A stretch of DNA of 63,677 bases, filler included, from Welwitschia mirabilis (Eukaryota), in the NCBI GenBank assembly GCA_051453625.1. It is 7 parts of one record of this genome, joined end to end, with 100 filler letters (N's around TTAATTAATTAA, not from the genome) between each part and the next. Parts side by side here need not be neighbours in the genome. Positions count along the whole stretch, not along the records: positions 1 to 22,914 come from JBOZIK010000001.1; positions 23,015 to 27,321 come from JBOZIK010000001.1; 5 more parts are not named here. The stretch is one strand, 5' to 3'. Below are positions 12,101 through 24,859 of this stretch, piece after piece. Under the pieces are notes generated by a model that saw only the letters and a list, made by a program, of their open reading frames with translations, was not told where the DNA came from and searched no databases. Every line of letters begins with the position of its first letter. Position 1 is the stretch's first letter. The position numbers and the translations under genes are program-made.

Positions 12101-13478
12101 CATGTTTGTCATCAAGCATAAAGCAGGGGTACAAAATAAAGTGGTAGATGCACTAAGTAGATGAGTGGCTTTACTCATCACTATGCAGTACGAAGTCATT
12201 CGATTTGATTGTTTAAAAGGCCTCTACTCAGAGGATGATGATTTTGCAGAAATTTGGCAGAAGTCCAAAGTAGAACTAGTGGGCAGCCCTTATCTAGTTT
12301 AAGATGGATTCCTATTTTTTAAGTATCACATTTGCATTCCTCCAGGCTCGCTTCAAGAGCACCTAATCAGTGAATTACATGGGGAAGGACTTCGAGGGCA
12401 TCTGGGTTGTGACAAGACCATCACCTTGGTGAAAGAAAGATATCATTAGCCGCAACTCAAAAGGGACATAAAAAATACATCTAGAAATGCTATGTTTGCC
12501 AAAGAAATAAAGGTTAGTCCCAAAGAACTAGTTTATATACTCCTCTTCCTGTTTCCATACCCCATGAAAAGACATATTCATGGACTTTATCCTTGGGTTA
12601 TGGTGCATGCAAGGGCCTGTGATTCTGTGTTTGTGGTAGTTGACAGATTCTTAAAAATGGCATACTTCATCCCTTGTAAGAAGACTTCCGATGCCTCTCA
12701 CATTGCTACTCTATGTTTCCAAGAGATCATTCATTTACATAGTGTACCCAAAATAATTACTTTTAATAGGAATACTAAATTTTTATCCTACTTTTAGGGT
12801 ACTTTATGAAGGCTCTTCCAGACTAACCTACAATATAGCAGTTCATTTCATCCTCAAACAGATGATCAAACTAAGGTGATCAACAATATCATGGGAAACA
12901 TCATCTATTGCATTTATAGTGATAGGCCAAAATAGTGGAACCTCTTCCTAACTTCAGCTGGCTTTGCATATAATAACATGCTGAATAGGTTAATAGGAAA
13001 AACACCATTCGCGAGTGTGTACCAAAGACCTTTAATACATACTCTGGATTTGGTTCCTCTACCCAAGGAACTAGGCTATAGCATCACAGCAGAATATCTA
13101 GCAGAAAAGATTAAGGCTATCTAAGTTGAAGTCAAGCAGAAACTTGAAGCTTCCAATGCCAAGTACAAGAAGGACAAAGATCAACATCATTGACTAAAGA
13201 CATTTGACAAAGGCGATCTTGTAATGGTACACTTAAGAAAAGAAATATTTCCCATAGGCACTTATAACAAACTAAAGAAAAAGAAGGTGGGTCCTTGCCG
13301 AATTTTAAAGAAGATCAACAACAATGCTTATGTAGTCAATCTTTCTGAGGATCTGACCATCTCGCGCACATTCAACATTATTGATTTAGTCAAATATCAC
13401 TCTCTCGATGAACTGCAATACCCTACTGAGAACTCGTGGATAAGTGCTTTTCAAGTAGGGGAGAATGACATGGAATAA
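9127..13478 (+). pseudogene. Degenerate Gypsy gag-pol polyprotein
   Basis: Zinc-knuckle remnant YYRCKQIGHTSTQC; protease [47 protein letters not shown] (YFDD mutated); RNase H FELETDAS..AFFSEKL..TYELELYAIV; integrase [17 protein letters not shown] and GPCRILKKINNNAY. Many stops and frameshifts. Confidence 0.93.
13453..13465 (+). promoter_or_regulatory. Polypurine tract
   Basis: AAGTAGGGGAGAA immediately before the TG of the 3' LTR. Confidence 0.85.
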
Positions 13479-13765
13479 ATCTGATGCAGAATGATATTAT
13501 CGCTAAAAGTTTATTTTTATTCTTCTATTTGGCATATGTTGTTACTTTACTGCTTTTTACTTCCACATTGTTTAGGGATTAATGTTGAAAGGACCTATGT
13601 CCTATAAATAAGTGGTAAATGTACTACTTTAGGGCATCCAGAATTTGAATAAATATTATTATTCTCTATACACCTTTGTGTGTTATTTAGTTTCTGTTGT
13701 TTGCTTTTGCAATAATCTGGTTCTTAGTGCATGCTGTGAACGAATCCTTCCACTGTCCTACTCCA
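13466..13765 (+). repeat. 3' LTR (300 bp)
   Basis: TGACATGGAATAAAT...CCTACTCCA, copy of 8789-9088. Confidence 0.95.
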
Positions 13766-13780
13766 AGAAGTTAGAATACA

Positions 13781-13842
13781 TTACTATTGTGGTATTTTTT
13801 GTTCCTATTCTTTACTATTGTGGTATTTTTTGTTCCTATTCT
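13781..13842 (+). repeat. Perfect 31-bp tandem duplication
   Basis: TTACTATTGTGGTATTTTTTGTTCCTATTCT at 13781-13811 and 13812-13842. Confidence 0.9.
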
Positions 13843-13893
13843 TTCTCCTTTATAGTTAGAATTATGGAGATTTCATAATAAATATCCACCCAT

Positions 13894-15672
13894 ATGTTTT
13901 TCTCCTTTACTAGAGGAGGGGATTATTAAGGTAGAAAAAGAACTTTATCAAATGAGTACATCTTAGCAGAGCTCAAAGGAGAAAAGAAAGTAACCGCATC
14001 CCCTGGGACAGTTACTAGAATTTAAAGACAAAAGAATACTAGGGGCAAAAAGGCATTAGTCTTTTAAAGGAACTTTTTGTAATTGATCTTTAAAAATTTA
14101 TAGTCTGTACAAAGTCCTGAAGCTTTATATTAGAGAAGAACTGCCACTAGAATTTAATATTTGGTGTGTGTGAAGGAGTTCTGAGCGGAATCCTTATTAA
14201 ACTAGGCATGGCACCGAGATTTCCAAATAAAATGAACACATTAAAAAATGAGGATATTCTAGCCATGCTTGGAGAAGGTGTCTAGAGGATCTTGTAATAA
14301 AATGGAATTAGGATACTAAAGAGGAGTATCCAATCTACCAATGCTTGTAATCAAATCCCAAATTTGTCAAGCAATGCCACAATCCCAAAAGATGCGCTAG
14401 AAAGATTGTAGAGATTGACAAAGAGGATACAATGAATGAGCAACATCCAAATGTTGAAGACGATGATCAATGGAAAGGCCATGATGAATAAGACACCAAA
14501 AAAATATTTAGTTTTAAGATGAGCTTTAATCCTCCAAACTTCTTTGAAAAATTTATTCCATTTATCTTTTGTCCAGTCAAGATGCCATTTGAAGTTTAGC
14601 TTTTTCACAAGACTATCAAAATCCTAGAATTATGTGTGAGCTATAGAAAGAGATAGCTAGACAATATTTTTACCATCACGCTAAAACTGATCATGCCACC
14701 AGTTCATGTTACTGTGATGCTAACCAAATCTAGAAACCATGTCTTCAATATGTCTGATAATGAAAAGATCTAATTTTTAAACCTTCCACTTGGATTTAAG
14801 ATGGAACTAATTAATTTTGATCCAATTATCTTGTTAAGTAATAAATTGGTCTAAGTGAAGAAGCCCTGCTTTAGCCAATGTATGAAATCTAGCTAGAGAG
14901 TAAGAGGCCAAAGAGTTATCTGCTATTTGGAAGGTTGGAAACCATCAAGAAGAATGGGTGGCTAGCTAATTGTGACTTATTTTAGCTAGATGCCAGAGAA
15001 GAAAATTTTTGAGTTTGTTCCAAGCCTTAAATATTTGCTAAAAAAATAGAATCCTTTTCTTTTGAAGGTATCATAAGAAAAAATAGAATTTCTTTAGTGA
15101 AGACCCTTTCATAAATGATTTGGACTCATGATGGTATTAGCAAAATAATGCTTAAGTAAAACTTTCCAAGCCTCATCACCATCCAATAACTAAGTAATCC
15201 ATTTGAAAGCTAATAAAATCCCTTGATTCTCTAAGGAAGGAATCCCTAATATGCCTAAAACTTTAGAAAGGCAACAAGTACTCTAAGCCACTCTATAAAA
15301 AATTTTATCGTTTGAAGTGTTCCTCCATAAAAAACTCCACAAACTTTTATTAATAGTATTATAAGCTGATATAGAGGGGGTCATGAAGAAAGCATAATAG
15401 ATTGGAATAGCATTGAGGATATGAATACAAACAACAAGTGTCCCAGCTAAGGATAAGAACTTTCCAAACCATTTAAGAGCTTTATCTTTAACTTTGTTAA
15501 TAATCATCTACCACATACTAGAGGGATTATCTGATAAAGTGATAGGTATTTCCAGAATTTTAAAACAATCAATGGAGAAAAGCCATTGAATATTGAAGCA
15601 GTAAGATCAAGAAGGCCTTTCACTAAAAGTGGATCGAATGGTACTGGTTTTGTTCTAATTAATTTAAAAACC
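13894..15672 (-). mobile_element. L1-type LINE, 3' part of ORF2 (post-RT region), degenerate copy A
   Basis: KWFGKFLSLAGTLVVCIHILNAIPIYY..SFLW (ORF 15283-15507) and KWNKFFKEVWRIKAHLKTKYF (ORF 14351-14608) resemble plant L1 ORF2 C-terminal motifs. Left boundary approximate. Confidence 0.75.
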
Positions 15673-15772
15673 NNNNNNNNNNNNNNNNNNNNNNNNNNNN
15701 NNNNNNNNNNNNNNNNNNNNNNNNNNNNNNNNNNNNNNNNNNNNNNNNNNNNNNNNNNNNNNNNNNNNNNNN

Positions 15773-17219
15773 TGAAGTTTAGCTTTTTCATGAGAGTATT
15801 GAAATCTTGTAACCACGTGTAAGATGAAGAAAGAGATGACAAGGCAATATTTTTGTTGTCAGGCCAAAACCAATTATCCCACCAATTCGTGTTACTGTGG
15901 TGCCAATCAAATCTAGAAACCACGCCTTCAATATGTCTGATAATGGAAAGGTCCAATTTTTAAACCTTTTATTTGGATTTAAGATGAGACCACTTAATTT
16001 TGATATAATTATCTTGTTGAGTANNNNNNNNNNNNNNNNNNNNNNNNNNNNNNNNNNNNNNNNNNNNNNNNNNNNNNNNNNNNNNNNNNNNNNNNNNNNN
16101 NNNNNNNNNNNNNNNNNNNNNNNNNNNNNNNNNNNNNNNNNNNNNNNNNNNNNNNNNNNNNNNNNNNNNNNNNNNNNNNNNNNNNNNNNNNNNNNNNNNN
16201 NNNNNNNNNNNNNNNNNNNNNNNNNNNNNNNNNNNNNNNNNNNNNNNNNNNNNNNNNNNNNNNNNNNNNNNNNNNNNNNNNNNNNNNNNNNNNNNNNNNN
16301 NNNNNNNNNNNNNNNNNNNNNNNNNNNNNNNNNNNNNNNNNNNNNNNNNNNNNNNNNNNNNNNNNNNNNNNNNNNNNNNNNNNNNNNNNNNNNNNNNNNN
16401 NNNNNNNNNNNNNNNNNNNNNNNNNNNNNNNNNNNNNNNNNNNNNNNNNNNNNNNNNNNNNNNNNNNNNNNNNNNNNNNNNNNNNNNNNNNNNNNNNNNN
16501 NNNNNNNNNNNNNNNNNNNNNNNNNNNNNNNNNNNNNNNNNNNNNNNNNNNNNNNNNNNNNNNNNNNNNNNNNNNNNNNNNNNNNNNNNNNNNNNNNNNN
16601 NNNNNNNNNNNNNNNNNNNNNNNNNNNNNNNNNNNNNNNNNNNNNNNNNNNNNNNNNNNNNNNNNNNNNNNNNNNNNNNNNNNNNNNNNNNNNNNNNNNN
16701 NNNNNNNNNNNNNNNNNNNNNNNNNNNNNNNNNNNNNNNNNNNNNNNNNNNNNNNNNNNNNNNNNNNNNNNNNNNNNNNNNNNNNNNNNNNNNNNNNNNN
16801 NNNNNNNNNNNNNNNNNNNNNNNNNNNNNNNNGCTAGAGGCTACCAAGGAGAATGGGTGGTTAGCTTATTGTGATTCAATTTATCTAGATGCCAAAGGAG
16901 AAAATTTTTTGAGTTTGTGTCATGTCTTAAAAATTTGTTGCAAAACATAGGATTCTTTGCTTCTGAAGGTACCATAAAAAAAAGTAGAATTTCTCCAGTG
17001 AAGACCTTTCCATAAATAATTTGGACTCATGATGGTATTAGTAAAATAATGCCTAAATAAAAGTTTGTAGGCCTTATCACCATCCAAGGACTGAATAATC
17101 CATTTGGAAGCTAATAAAATACCTTGATGCTCTAAGGAAGGAATCCCCAATCTACCTAAAATTTTGGAAAGGCAACAAGTACTCCAAGTGACTCTATATA
17201 AAAATTTTCCACTTGAAGT
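15773..17219 (-). mobile_element. L1-type LINE ORF2 fragment, diverged copy B, 5'-truncated at 17219
   Basis: 15773-16023 aligns with 14590-14840, and 16840-17219 aligns with 14940-15318, with many substitutions. Translates GIPSLEHQGILLASKWI. Confidence 0.75.
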
Positions 17220-17273
17220 CTTTCTCCTTTACAGTTAGAGTTATGGACATTTCATAATAAATAGCCATCCATC

Positions 17274-18425
17274 TATTGAAGTGGCTTAAGTTTCTAAGTT
17301 AATTTTACTTTTTTTCTGTTATTTGTATTACCTATAAAATAGGTAATTTGTTCAATTGAGTGTAGCAATCTGAATACAAAAAAAAAAAAAAAAAAGGGTC
17401 TACCTTTACTAAGAATTATTTTAGTAGTGTGTGTCTATGTTTTTTCTTTACATATTTGTGCTAACAATTGTGATATTAAATCTAGGTTTGATTTCTTAGC
17501 TAGGCGATCAAGAGAAACACATAAGAAAGAGAAACATGATAGATCAAGAGATATGCAGGTATGGTAGCAAATACATTTTCGACATCTCAACCATTGATCC
17601 CAATCTTCAATGGAGAAAAAATTGATTTTTAGGGCATCAAGATAAAGAGCTTTTTTAAATCTCAAGAACTATGGAACTTGGTTGAGCATGGCTATCTTGA
17701 TCCAGAAAATGAAGCTTGATGGAAAAAAATCAAGGAAAAGGACTCAAAAGCTCTATTCTTCATTCAGTAAGCAGTGCAAAAAAGTATCTTATCAAGGATT
17801 ACAGTAGAAAATGCCTCTAAAGAAGTATGGTAGATTCTAAAGAAAGAATTTTAAGGTGACTCAAGAGTGACTGCAGTGAAGCTTCAACTCCTCCAGCATG
17901 ACTTTGAAACTACATTAATGAGACATGATGAATCTGTTTAAGAATTCCCCTCATGGGTGTTAGCTATTATAAGTCAGATGAGAACATATGGTAAGAGGTA
18001 TCCTGATCAAATTGTTGTTGAAAAAGTTTTAAGACAAAATTTGGTCATGTAGTTGCTATATTAGAGGAATATTAAGACTTATCTATATTCTCTTTTAATG
18101 ATTTGATGGGTTTTTTCAAGCTTATAAAGCCAAGTTAAAGAAAATAAAGGAGCAAATAGAAGAAAAGGTGCTTCAGGTGAAGGGGGATCTTCTAAAATCA
18201 CAACAAAATGATGATTTATATAAATAACCAGAGTCAATGAGAGCAAGAGGCTAAGGTAGAGAAGTTTTTTAGGGTCAGTGCATGAGAGGACATGGACAAG
18301 AACGCTTTAGAGAAGGATGGCAAAAATAATCCATCAAATGCCATTATTATAAGAGATATGGACATGTCAAGGTAAATTATTGGAGGAGAGTAAATTAGAC
18401 TTATGATCATGAAACAGATGAAGGA
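17274..18425 (+). mobile_element. Copia element 5' part (short LTR, decayed PBS, gag), interrupted by a Gypsy LTR
   Basis: Putative LTR 17274-17466 ending CTAACA, then decayed PBS tgatattaaatc. Gag reads FKSQELWNLVEHGY..LFFIQ*AV..SKEVW*ILKKEF*GDSRVTAVKLQLLQHDFE..QMRTYGK..IVVEKVLR, with knuckle remnant CHYYKRYGHVKVNYW. Confidence 0.8.
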
Positions 18426-19623
18426 TGTTGTGGTGTAAATTTATGCAATCCTGAAGTCCTTTAGAAAAACCTGTAAATCAAATAACTTGCNNNNNNNNNN
18501 TGTAATCCCAATGAAGGCATTAGGCTTAGAGCTAGAGAGTTGATTTCTAATATATTTTTGGATATTTTATCTTATAAAAACTGAAAGAAATAAACAAGTA
18601 AATGCAATGCAAGTGAATGAAGATGAAATGTAGTGAAAGAAAAGGGAAATGTAATGGATTCCATTCAGATGTTATCTTTTTGTCACAAGAACAATCTTCT
18701 CTATAATTTAGATCAATTAAGAAGAGCATTTAACTAGTTCTTAACTAACATAAACTATGAGATCTACCAAGTCGAATAATAAATGCAATATGATATAGAA
18801 TGAAAAAGCAATGTAAATCTAATACTAAAAAAGATCAACCTTAACAAAGGTTGCTTTTATGATCTAGATAAATCACAGAGTTGTCACAATAAATTATGAT
18901 CAAGGTAAACCATAAGGGACATACATAATGAAAATGAAATAACAATTGTATTGATTTAAAAAAGTATTCTGGAATATTACATTTACTTACAAACAGAATA
19001 ACAGCACCTCAATGGAAGAGACTCAGCCTAACACTAAGGAAACTCTTTTTTTTTAGCTCTAGACAGACCTTTTTTCCTTCAATCTTCTATCACAAGCATA
19101 TCAAGTATAAAAGATGGAAATAGAAATGAAGGAGGGAAAGAGTATTTATATTTTGGTATTAAGATTCTAGAAACAAAACCCTAGAAGTCAAAAAAACCCT
19201 AATAGTTTACTTGACCCTATTACAAAGATATTTCTTTCCATCTATACAAAAACAACTATTATTTTGATGTCATTGGAATGATGTGGAGGATATCACCCTA
19301 TGTCAAATATATTCATAATCAACTATCAGTCCTATAGCTTTTGTCCATGTCGGTAGTGTCGTTGTCCTGCATGTCGGGGGATGACATAGGGGATGATAGT
19401 TTTCCTTATATCCAATCTCAGTCTTTTGCATTATGAAATCTTCTTCCAAATATGTAGTATCAGAATAAGCCTAAAAAATGGGAAAAAATGCTAAGAATTA
19501 CATGTTTTATTGATCATCATGTTAGATATCCATAACTATCAATATTGCATTAAAACCTGTGTAAATATCCTGTAAAGGCACTCAAAATACATCATCAAAT
19601 TCCTATAAATTAGCATCACAACA
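18426..19623 (-). repeat. 3' LTR of an Athila-like Gypsy element (LTR family A, ~1.2 kb)
   Basis: Terminal inverted TGTTGTG...CACAACA. Preceded on the minus strand by the PPT-like GGCTAAGTAGGAGGCTA. Homologous to 27422-28535, 49908-50812 and 55754-56688. Confidence 0.8.
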
Positions 19624-22600
19624 TAGCCTCCTACTTAGCCTTATCAGTCCTGACAAAGTAAGTAATCAACTAGATTACAAGCTAATTTGACTAATATAAA
19701 ATAGTGCTGAAAATATGTAAATTAAGTACCATTAAATCATGTAAGAAAATAATACCATCAACAGGTAACTGATACAAACGCTAAAAAATTTTCTTAAGCC
19801 CCCTACTTAAGTATGTAACTATAGAATAAATGAATGCTATATACATATAGAAATCATAAAAATGTAACTTTGATGGTTTGTGGACTAAAACTATGTATAC
19901 ATATTACAAAAATAGTGATAATAAACTATTGTGACAGGCTTAAGTAGTATTATCTTCTTTAACAAAATGATGTCTTTAAGTTCATTAGTGTCATAAAAAA
20001 GGAAAAGGACAAGAGTAGATATAGCATTTTTTAGATGATCTAAAACATGGCTACGAAAAAAATCTTATGAGTGTGCTACTAGATCTTGCAAGATAAAGTT
20101 AATGAATTCTCCATAAATTTATTCAAATAATATGAAAAGCTAATCTAAATAATCCATCATAAAGTTAGATTGTAAAATCTCAAAAAATGAAAAATTTATG
20201 TTGAAAACTATAGAATAATGCCTAAAAATATGGCATACCCCTTTCCCCCAATAGGAGAAGTAAGACATCCCGAATTACACCAAGAATAAAGGAGAAGTAT
20301 CATTCCGTTTGTCATTGGGATGAAAGGCATGGGATGACGGTCATAAAACAAGTTGTTTTAAGAAAAATTCAAAGATAAGTAAACATAAGAAAATAATAGA
20401 AAGAAAATAGAAAATAGGTAACAAATGAAGAAATAACCTGAGAGCATCCTCATCATGAAGAAGGAAAAGTAATAATAAAAGAAAAGNNNNNNNNNNNNNN
20501 NNNNNNNNNNNNNNNNNNNNNNNNNNNNNNNNNNNNNNNNNNNNNNNNNNNNNNNNNNNNNNNNNNNNNNNNNNNNNNNNNNNNNNNNNNNNNNNNNNNN
20601 NNNNNNNNNNNNNNNNNNNNNNNNNNNNNNNNNNNNNNNNNNNNNNNNNNNNNNNNNNNNNNNNNNNNNNNNNNNNNNNNNNNNNNNNNNNNNNNNNNNN
20701 NNNNNNNNNNNNNNNNNNNNNNNNNNNNNNNNNNNNNNNNNNNNNNNNNNNNNNNNNNNNNNNNNNNNNNAAATGCTAATCTAAAAAATTCCCTTGGTAA
20801 TAATCATATAATCACCAGATAACGATGCATGTCATAATGTAAAAATTCATAAAGTCTACTCGAATAGGCAATAATTATGATGATGTTGAGTATGCTAATG
20901 TTATCAAATAATGAATGATAATACAAAAAGTTGTTTTAAAATAGAAACTTACAAACTACTATATTAAAATAATCACTAGAATCCAAAAAGTAAAGGGACA
21001 ATGCAGAAGTACTAGAAATAAATAAAGAAAAATGATTATAGAAAACAAAAAATGCCTCTAATGAAACCAAGGATGTCACTGATCTTGTAGCCTCGAAATG
21101 CAATTTATTTTTTCATGTTGAGGGAAGTACAATCACTGTCAGAGGATTAAGGACCCACACAGCATGGCCAACTAACCCCCCAATGGAGTTCCCACAGCTA
21201 TCATATCACACTGCCAAAGGCCTATCTTGGGAATATCTGCCCTGGTGCACTTGCGATAGGACATCATGATTATCATGTTTTGGAAATATAACATAAAAGA
21301 CCATGGTTTTTTATTGCTTTTATTTTGTTTTTTTTCATTCTTTCTTTTTTTTTTTTTTGGGAGTATCATTTCACATAACCAAGTACTTGTTAGGATAAAA
21401 GTAAAGGAATGNNNNNNNNNNNNNNNNNNNNNNNNNNNNNNNNNNNNNNNNNNNNNNNNNNNNNNNNNNNNNNNNNNNNNNNNNNNNNNNNNNNNNNNNN
21501 NNNNNNNNNNNNNNNNNNNNNNNNNNNNNNNNNNNNNNNNNNNNNNNNNNNNNNNNNNNNNNNNNNNNNNNNNNNNNNNNNNNNNNNNNNNNNNNNNNNN
21601 NNNNNNNNNNNNNNNNNNNNNNNNNNNNNNNNNNNNNNNNNNNNNNNNNNNNNNNNNNNNNNNNNNNNNNNNNNNNNNNNNNNNNNNNNNNNNNNNNNNN
21701 NNNNNNNNNNNNNNNNNNNNNNNNNNNNNNNNNNNNNNNNNNNNNNNNNNNNNNNNNNNNNNNNNNNNNNNNNNNNNNNNNNNNNNNNNNNNNNNNNNNN
21801 NNNNNNNNNNNNNNNNNNNNNNNNNNNNNNNNNNNNNNNNNNNNNNNNNNNNNNNNNNNNNNNNNNNNNNNNNNNNNNNNNNNNNNNNNNNNNNNNNNNN
21901 NNNNNNNNNNNNNNNNNNNNNNNNNNNNNNNNNNNNNNNNNNNNNNNNNNNNNNNNNNNNNNNNNNNNNNNNNNNNNNNNNNNNNNNNNNNNNNNNNNNN
22001 NNNNNNNNNNNNNNNNNNNNNNNNNNNNNNNNNNNNNNNNNNNNNNNNNNNNNNNNNNNNNNNNNNNNNNNNNNNNNNNNNNNNNNNNNNNNNNNNNNNN
22101 NNNNNNNNNNNNNNNNNNNNNNNNNNNNNNNNNNNNNNNNNNNNNNNNNNNNNNNNNNNNNNNNNNNNNNNNNNNNNNNNNNNNNNNNNNNNNNNNNNNN
22201 NNNNNNNNNNNNNNNNNNNNNNNNNNNNNNNNNNNNNNNNNNNNNNNNNNNNNNNNNNNNNNNNNNNNNNNNNNNNNNNNNNNNNNNNNNNNNNNNNNTC
22301 TCTATTTGCATTTTTAGCTTGATCATTGGTTTGAGGATGATATGCATAAGTAATTCTATGTTTAACACCAATGAATAAAATAAGTTTTTGAAAAATGTGA
22401 TTAATGAAATGAGTTTCTTGATCACTAATGATAATTCATAGAAAACTAAGTCATTGAAAAATATAAATTTGAACAAAGTTGCAAATGGTTCAGGCCTTAT
22501 TTTTGGTAGCAGAAATAACTTCAACCCACTTAGTAGCATAATCTATAGCTCTAATGATATAATTTTTCTCATAGAAAGGTGGTGTAATTAGGCCTACAAA

Positions 22601-22914
22601 TTTAATTCCCTAATAATCAAAAGGTTCACATTCAAGTATGGGTTTAAGGGGTATATCATGAGAACGAGTTAGGCTATCATAACATTAACATGCATCACAC
22701 TTCCTAAAGTCTTTGAAAAGAGTAGGTCAATAAAAACTAGAGTGAAGAATTTTTATGATAGTATTTTGATCACTAAAGTGTCCTCCACATACCCCATCAT
22801 AGCAAACTTTTAAGATTTCTATGATTTCCCATTTAGGTATACATTTATGCATAATTTGATCTTTGCAACATCTATAAAGATGGGGTTCATTTCATTCATA
22901 GTTATCGATCCTAT
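18426..22914 (-). mobile_element. Athila-like Gypsy element: 3' LTR, long 3' internal region and integrase remnant
   Basis: 22300-22900 (-) translates NEPHLYRCCKDQIMHKCIPKWEIIEILKVCYDGVCGGHFSDQNTIIKIL and PLKPILECEPFDY*GI (integrase Zn finger and core start). 21160-21215 matches 54455-54505 in reverse complement. Confidence 0.72.
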
Positions 22915-23014
22915 NNNNNNNNNNNNNNNNNNNNNNNNNNNNNNNNNNNNNNNNNNNNTTAATTAATTAANNNNNNNNNNNNNNNNNNNNNNNNNNNNNN
23001 NNNNNNNNNNNNNN
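22915..23014. other. Artificial scaffolding linker N44-TTAATTAATTAA-N44 (12-mer also at 27366, 30693, 50857, 52630, 60044)
   Basis: Identical palindromic 12-mer with stops in all six frames, centred in 100-nt gaps six times. Confidence 0.95.
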
Positions 23015-24859
23015 AACCTAAGTCTCATCTCATAGACTTCAATGTGAATATGACATTTCAGGTCTACTCTCACTTATACTAGTGTGTTGTATTATATAAA
23101 ATATCTATTTATTTTATGAATGACAGAATTTTTCCAAACTTAAGCACTTGCACAAATACATACCGCAACACTCTCTGATCTTATATAATCTTTAACTATT
23201 ATAAATATTAAGTTTAGGTCATACAGAGAGTCATGTATCTCTTAAATAAAAATGTCCTAGCCACCTAAGANNNNNNNNNNNNNNNNNNNNNNNNNNNNNN
23301 NNNNNNNNNNNNNNNNNNNNNNNNNNNNNNNNNNNNNNNNNNNNNNNNNNNNNNNNNNNNNNNNNNNNNNNNNNNNNNNNNNNNNNNNNNNNNNNNNNNN
23401 NNNNNNNNNNNNNNNNNNNNNNNNNNNNNNNNNNNNNNNNNNNNNNNNNNNNNNNNNNNNNNNNNNNNNNNNNNNNNNNNNNNNNNNNNNNNNNNNNNNN
23501 NNNNNNNNNNNNNNNNNNNNNNNNNNNNNNNNNNNNNNNTTAGGAGATAAGGGTATCATCCTTGAAGAGGATATGATTACTACTCAGATTTAAGAATAGA
23601 TCTAAAATTAACCAATGTCAGTATTTTCATCAAATTAATTAAATCTAGGATCCTTCCTTCATAAAATTTATCTCATAGATATTAAGAAATTCTAACAAAT
23701 TTAATTTTCCCCTTTTCATGTACATAGTATTTTAATTTTTAAAGGGTGTTCTTAGCTTTGTCATACTTTGTACTTTGGATAGATTACTTGAATTATAGAA
23801 AGATCCCTTTTCATTATGACTATACCTTTTTGTTATAATCCTTATCTTACATTATGACCTGGATAGATTATTTAAAACTATGGATGAAAGTAAGATCCTT
23901 TTTTGCTATGACTATATCATTATCTTTATTTTTCCTTTCTCCTTTTTGGGTTTTTAACAAAATTTCTTTTGTTATGAATATGTCACTTTTAGTAGTGGAT
24001 GTGAGTAAGATCCCTCTAGAATTTGACTTTACCTCATAACTTATTAAACCTCTTTTCTTTATTATTAGAATTCATTATTAGTTCAATGTTAGAAGATAAA
24101 TTCTAAACCATGTTAGGGAACTTCATGCTATTATTAACTATAGGAATCATGACCAACCTTAAGATGACTTTATATGATGATTAGAGTTGGAAAGAATGGA
24201 ATGAATACTTCATGGATATAGTGCACATTTATGAACTTAATCAAGAATTTTTCTTATAAATTAATTGTTTATTTTCAAAACTAAGATAAAGAAGATGCAT
24301 GGAAAGCCATTGATAGCAAGCTCACATAGATAATGTGAAAATCAGTGGCTACTCTACATAAAAATTAGGTTCATAGCTATATTCTATCACTTCATGAAAG
24401 TAAGCAACTATACAATATGAACTTTAACACACTTAGTAAGATCTTATTTCCACATAATCATAATTTATCTTCACAGGCTCTTCGTCTTCTGATGTAGCAT
24501 TCAAAGTTTCTCAATCTTATTGCCCTCCTTATTAATCTAAATAGTTTATTAGCAAATTCCATCTATAAAAGGAATAACACTATCATAAGAATAAGGATCC
24601 ATAAAAATAGAAAAACAAGAAGTTTAATCAGAAATAAGAAATAATTTCAAAATACTACCATCCCTAAGAAGAACATGTATTAGTGCTCATGATACATAAG
24701 AGAAAGTCATACCTTGGACGTTTGTAGGATACCTTAGGATGAGATCAAGTCTATACCTATGGTAAATGCAATTACTAAAAAGATCTAATTTCTCTAATGA
24801 TATTCAAACATTTTATTTAAATGCAATCTTTGATAACGTTGACTTTGTGGACATGAGTG

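Larger units (their letters stand above)
8789..13765 (+). mobile_element. Near full-length Ty3/Gypsy LTR retrotransposon, CRM (centromeric chromovirus) clade, decayed
   Basis: Paired 300-bp TG..CA LTRs, iMet PBS, gag-PR-RT-RH-INT order and PPT. The integrase C-terminus NSWISAFQVGEND overlaps the PPT, as in CRM elements. Flanks ACAAG / AGAAG form a 4/5 TSD match. Confidence 0.92.

Noticed and set aside
13645..13878. 77-aa hydrophobic ORF as a membrane protein
   Set aside because: It spans the 3' LTR end and a T-rich tandem duplication; the hydrophobicity reflects base composition.
17378..17395. Poly(A) run as a retrocopy or LINE tail
   Set aside because: It lies within the putative Copia LTR and is on the wrong side and strand for the adjacent minus-strand LINEs.
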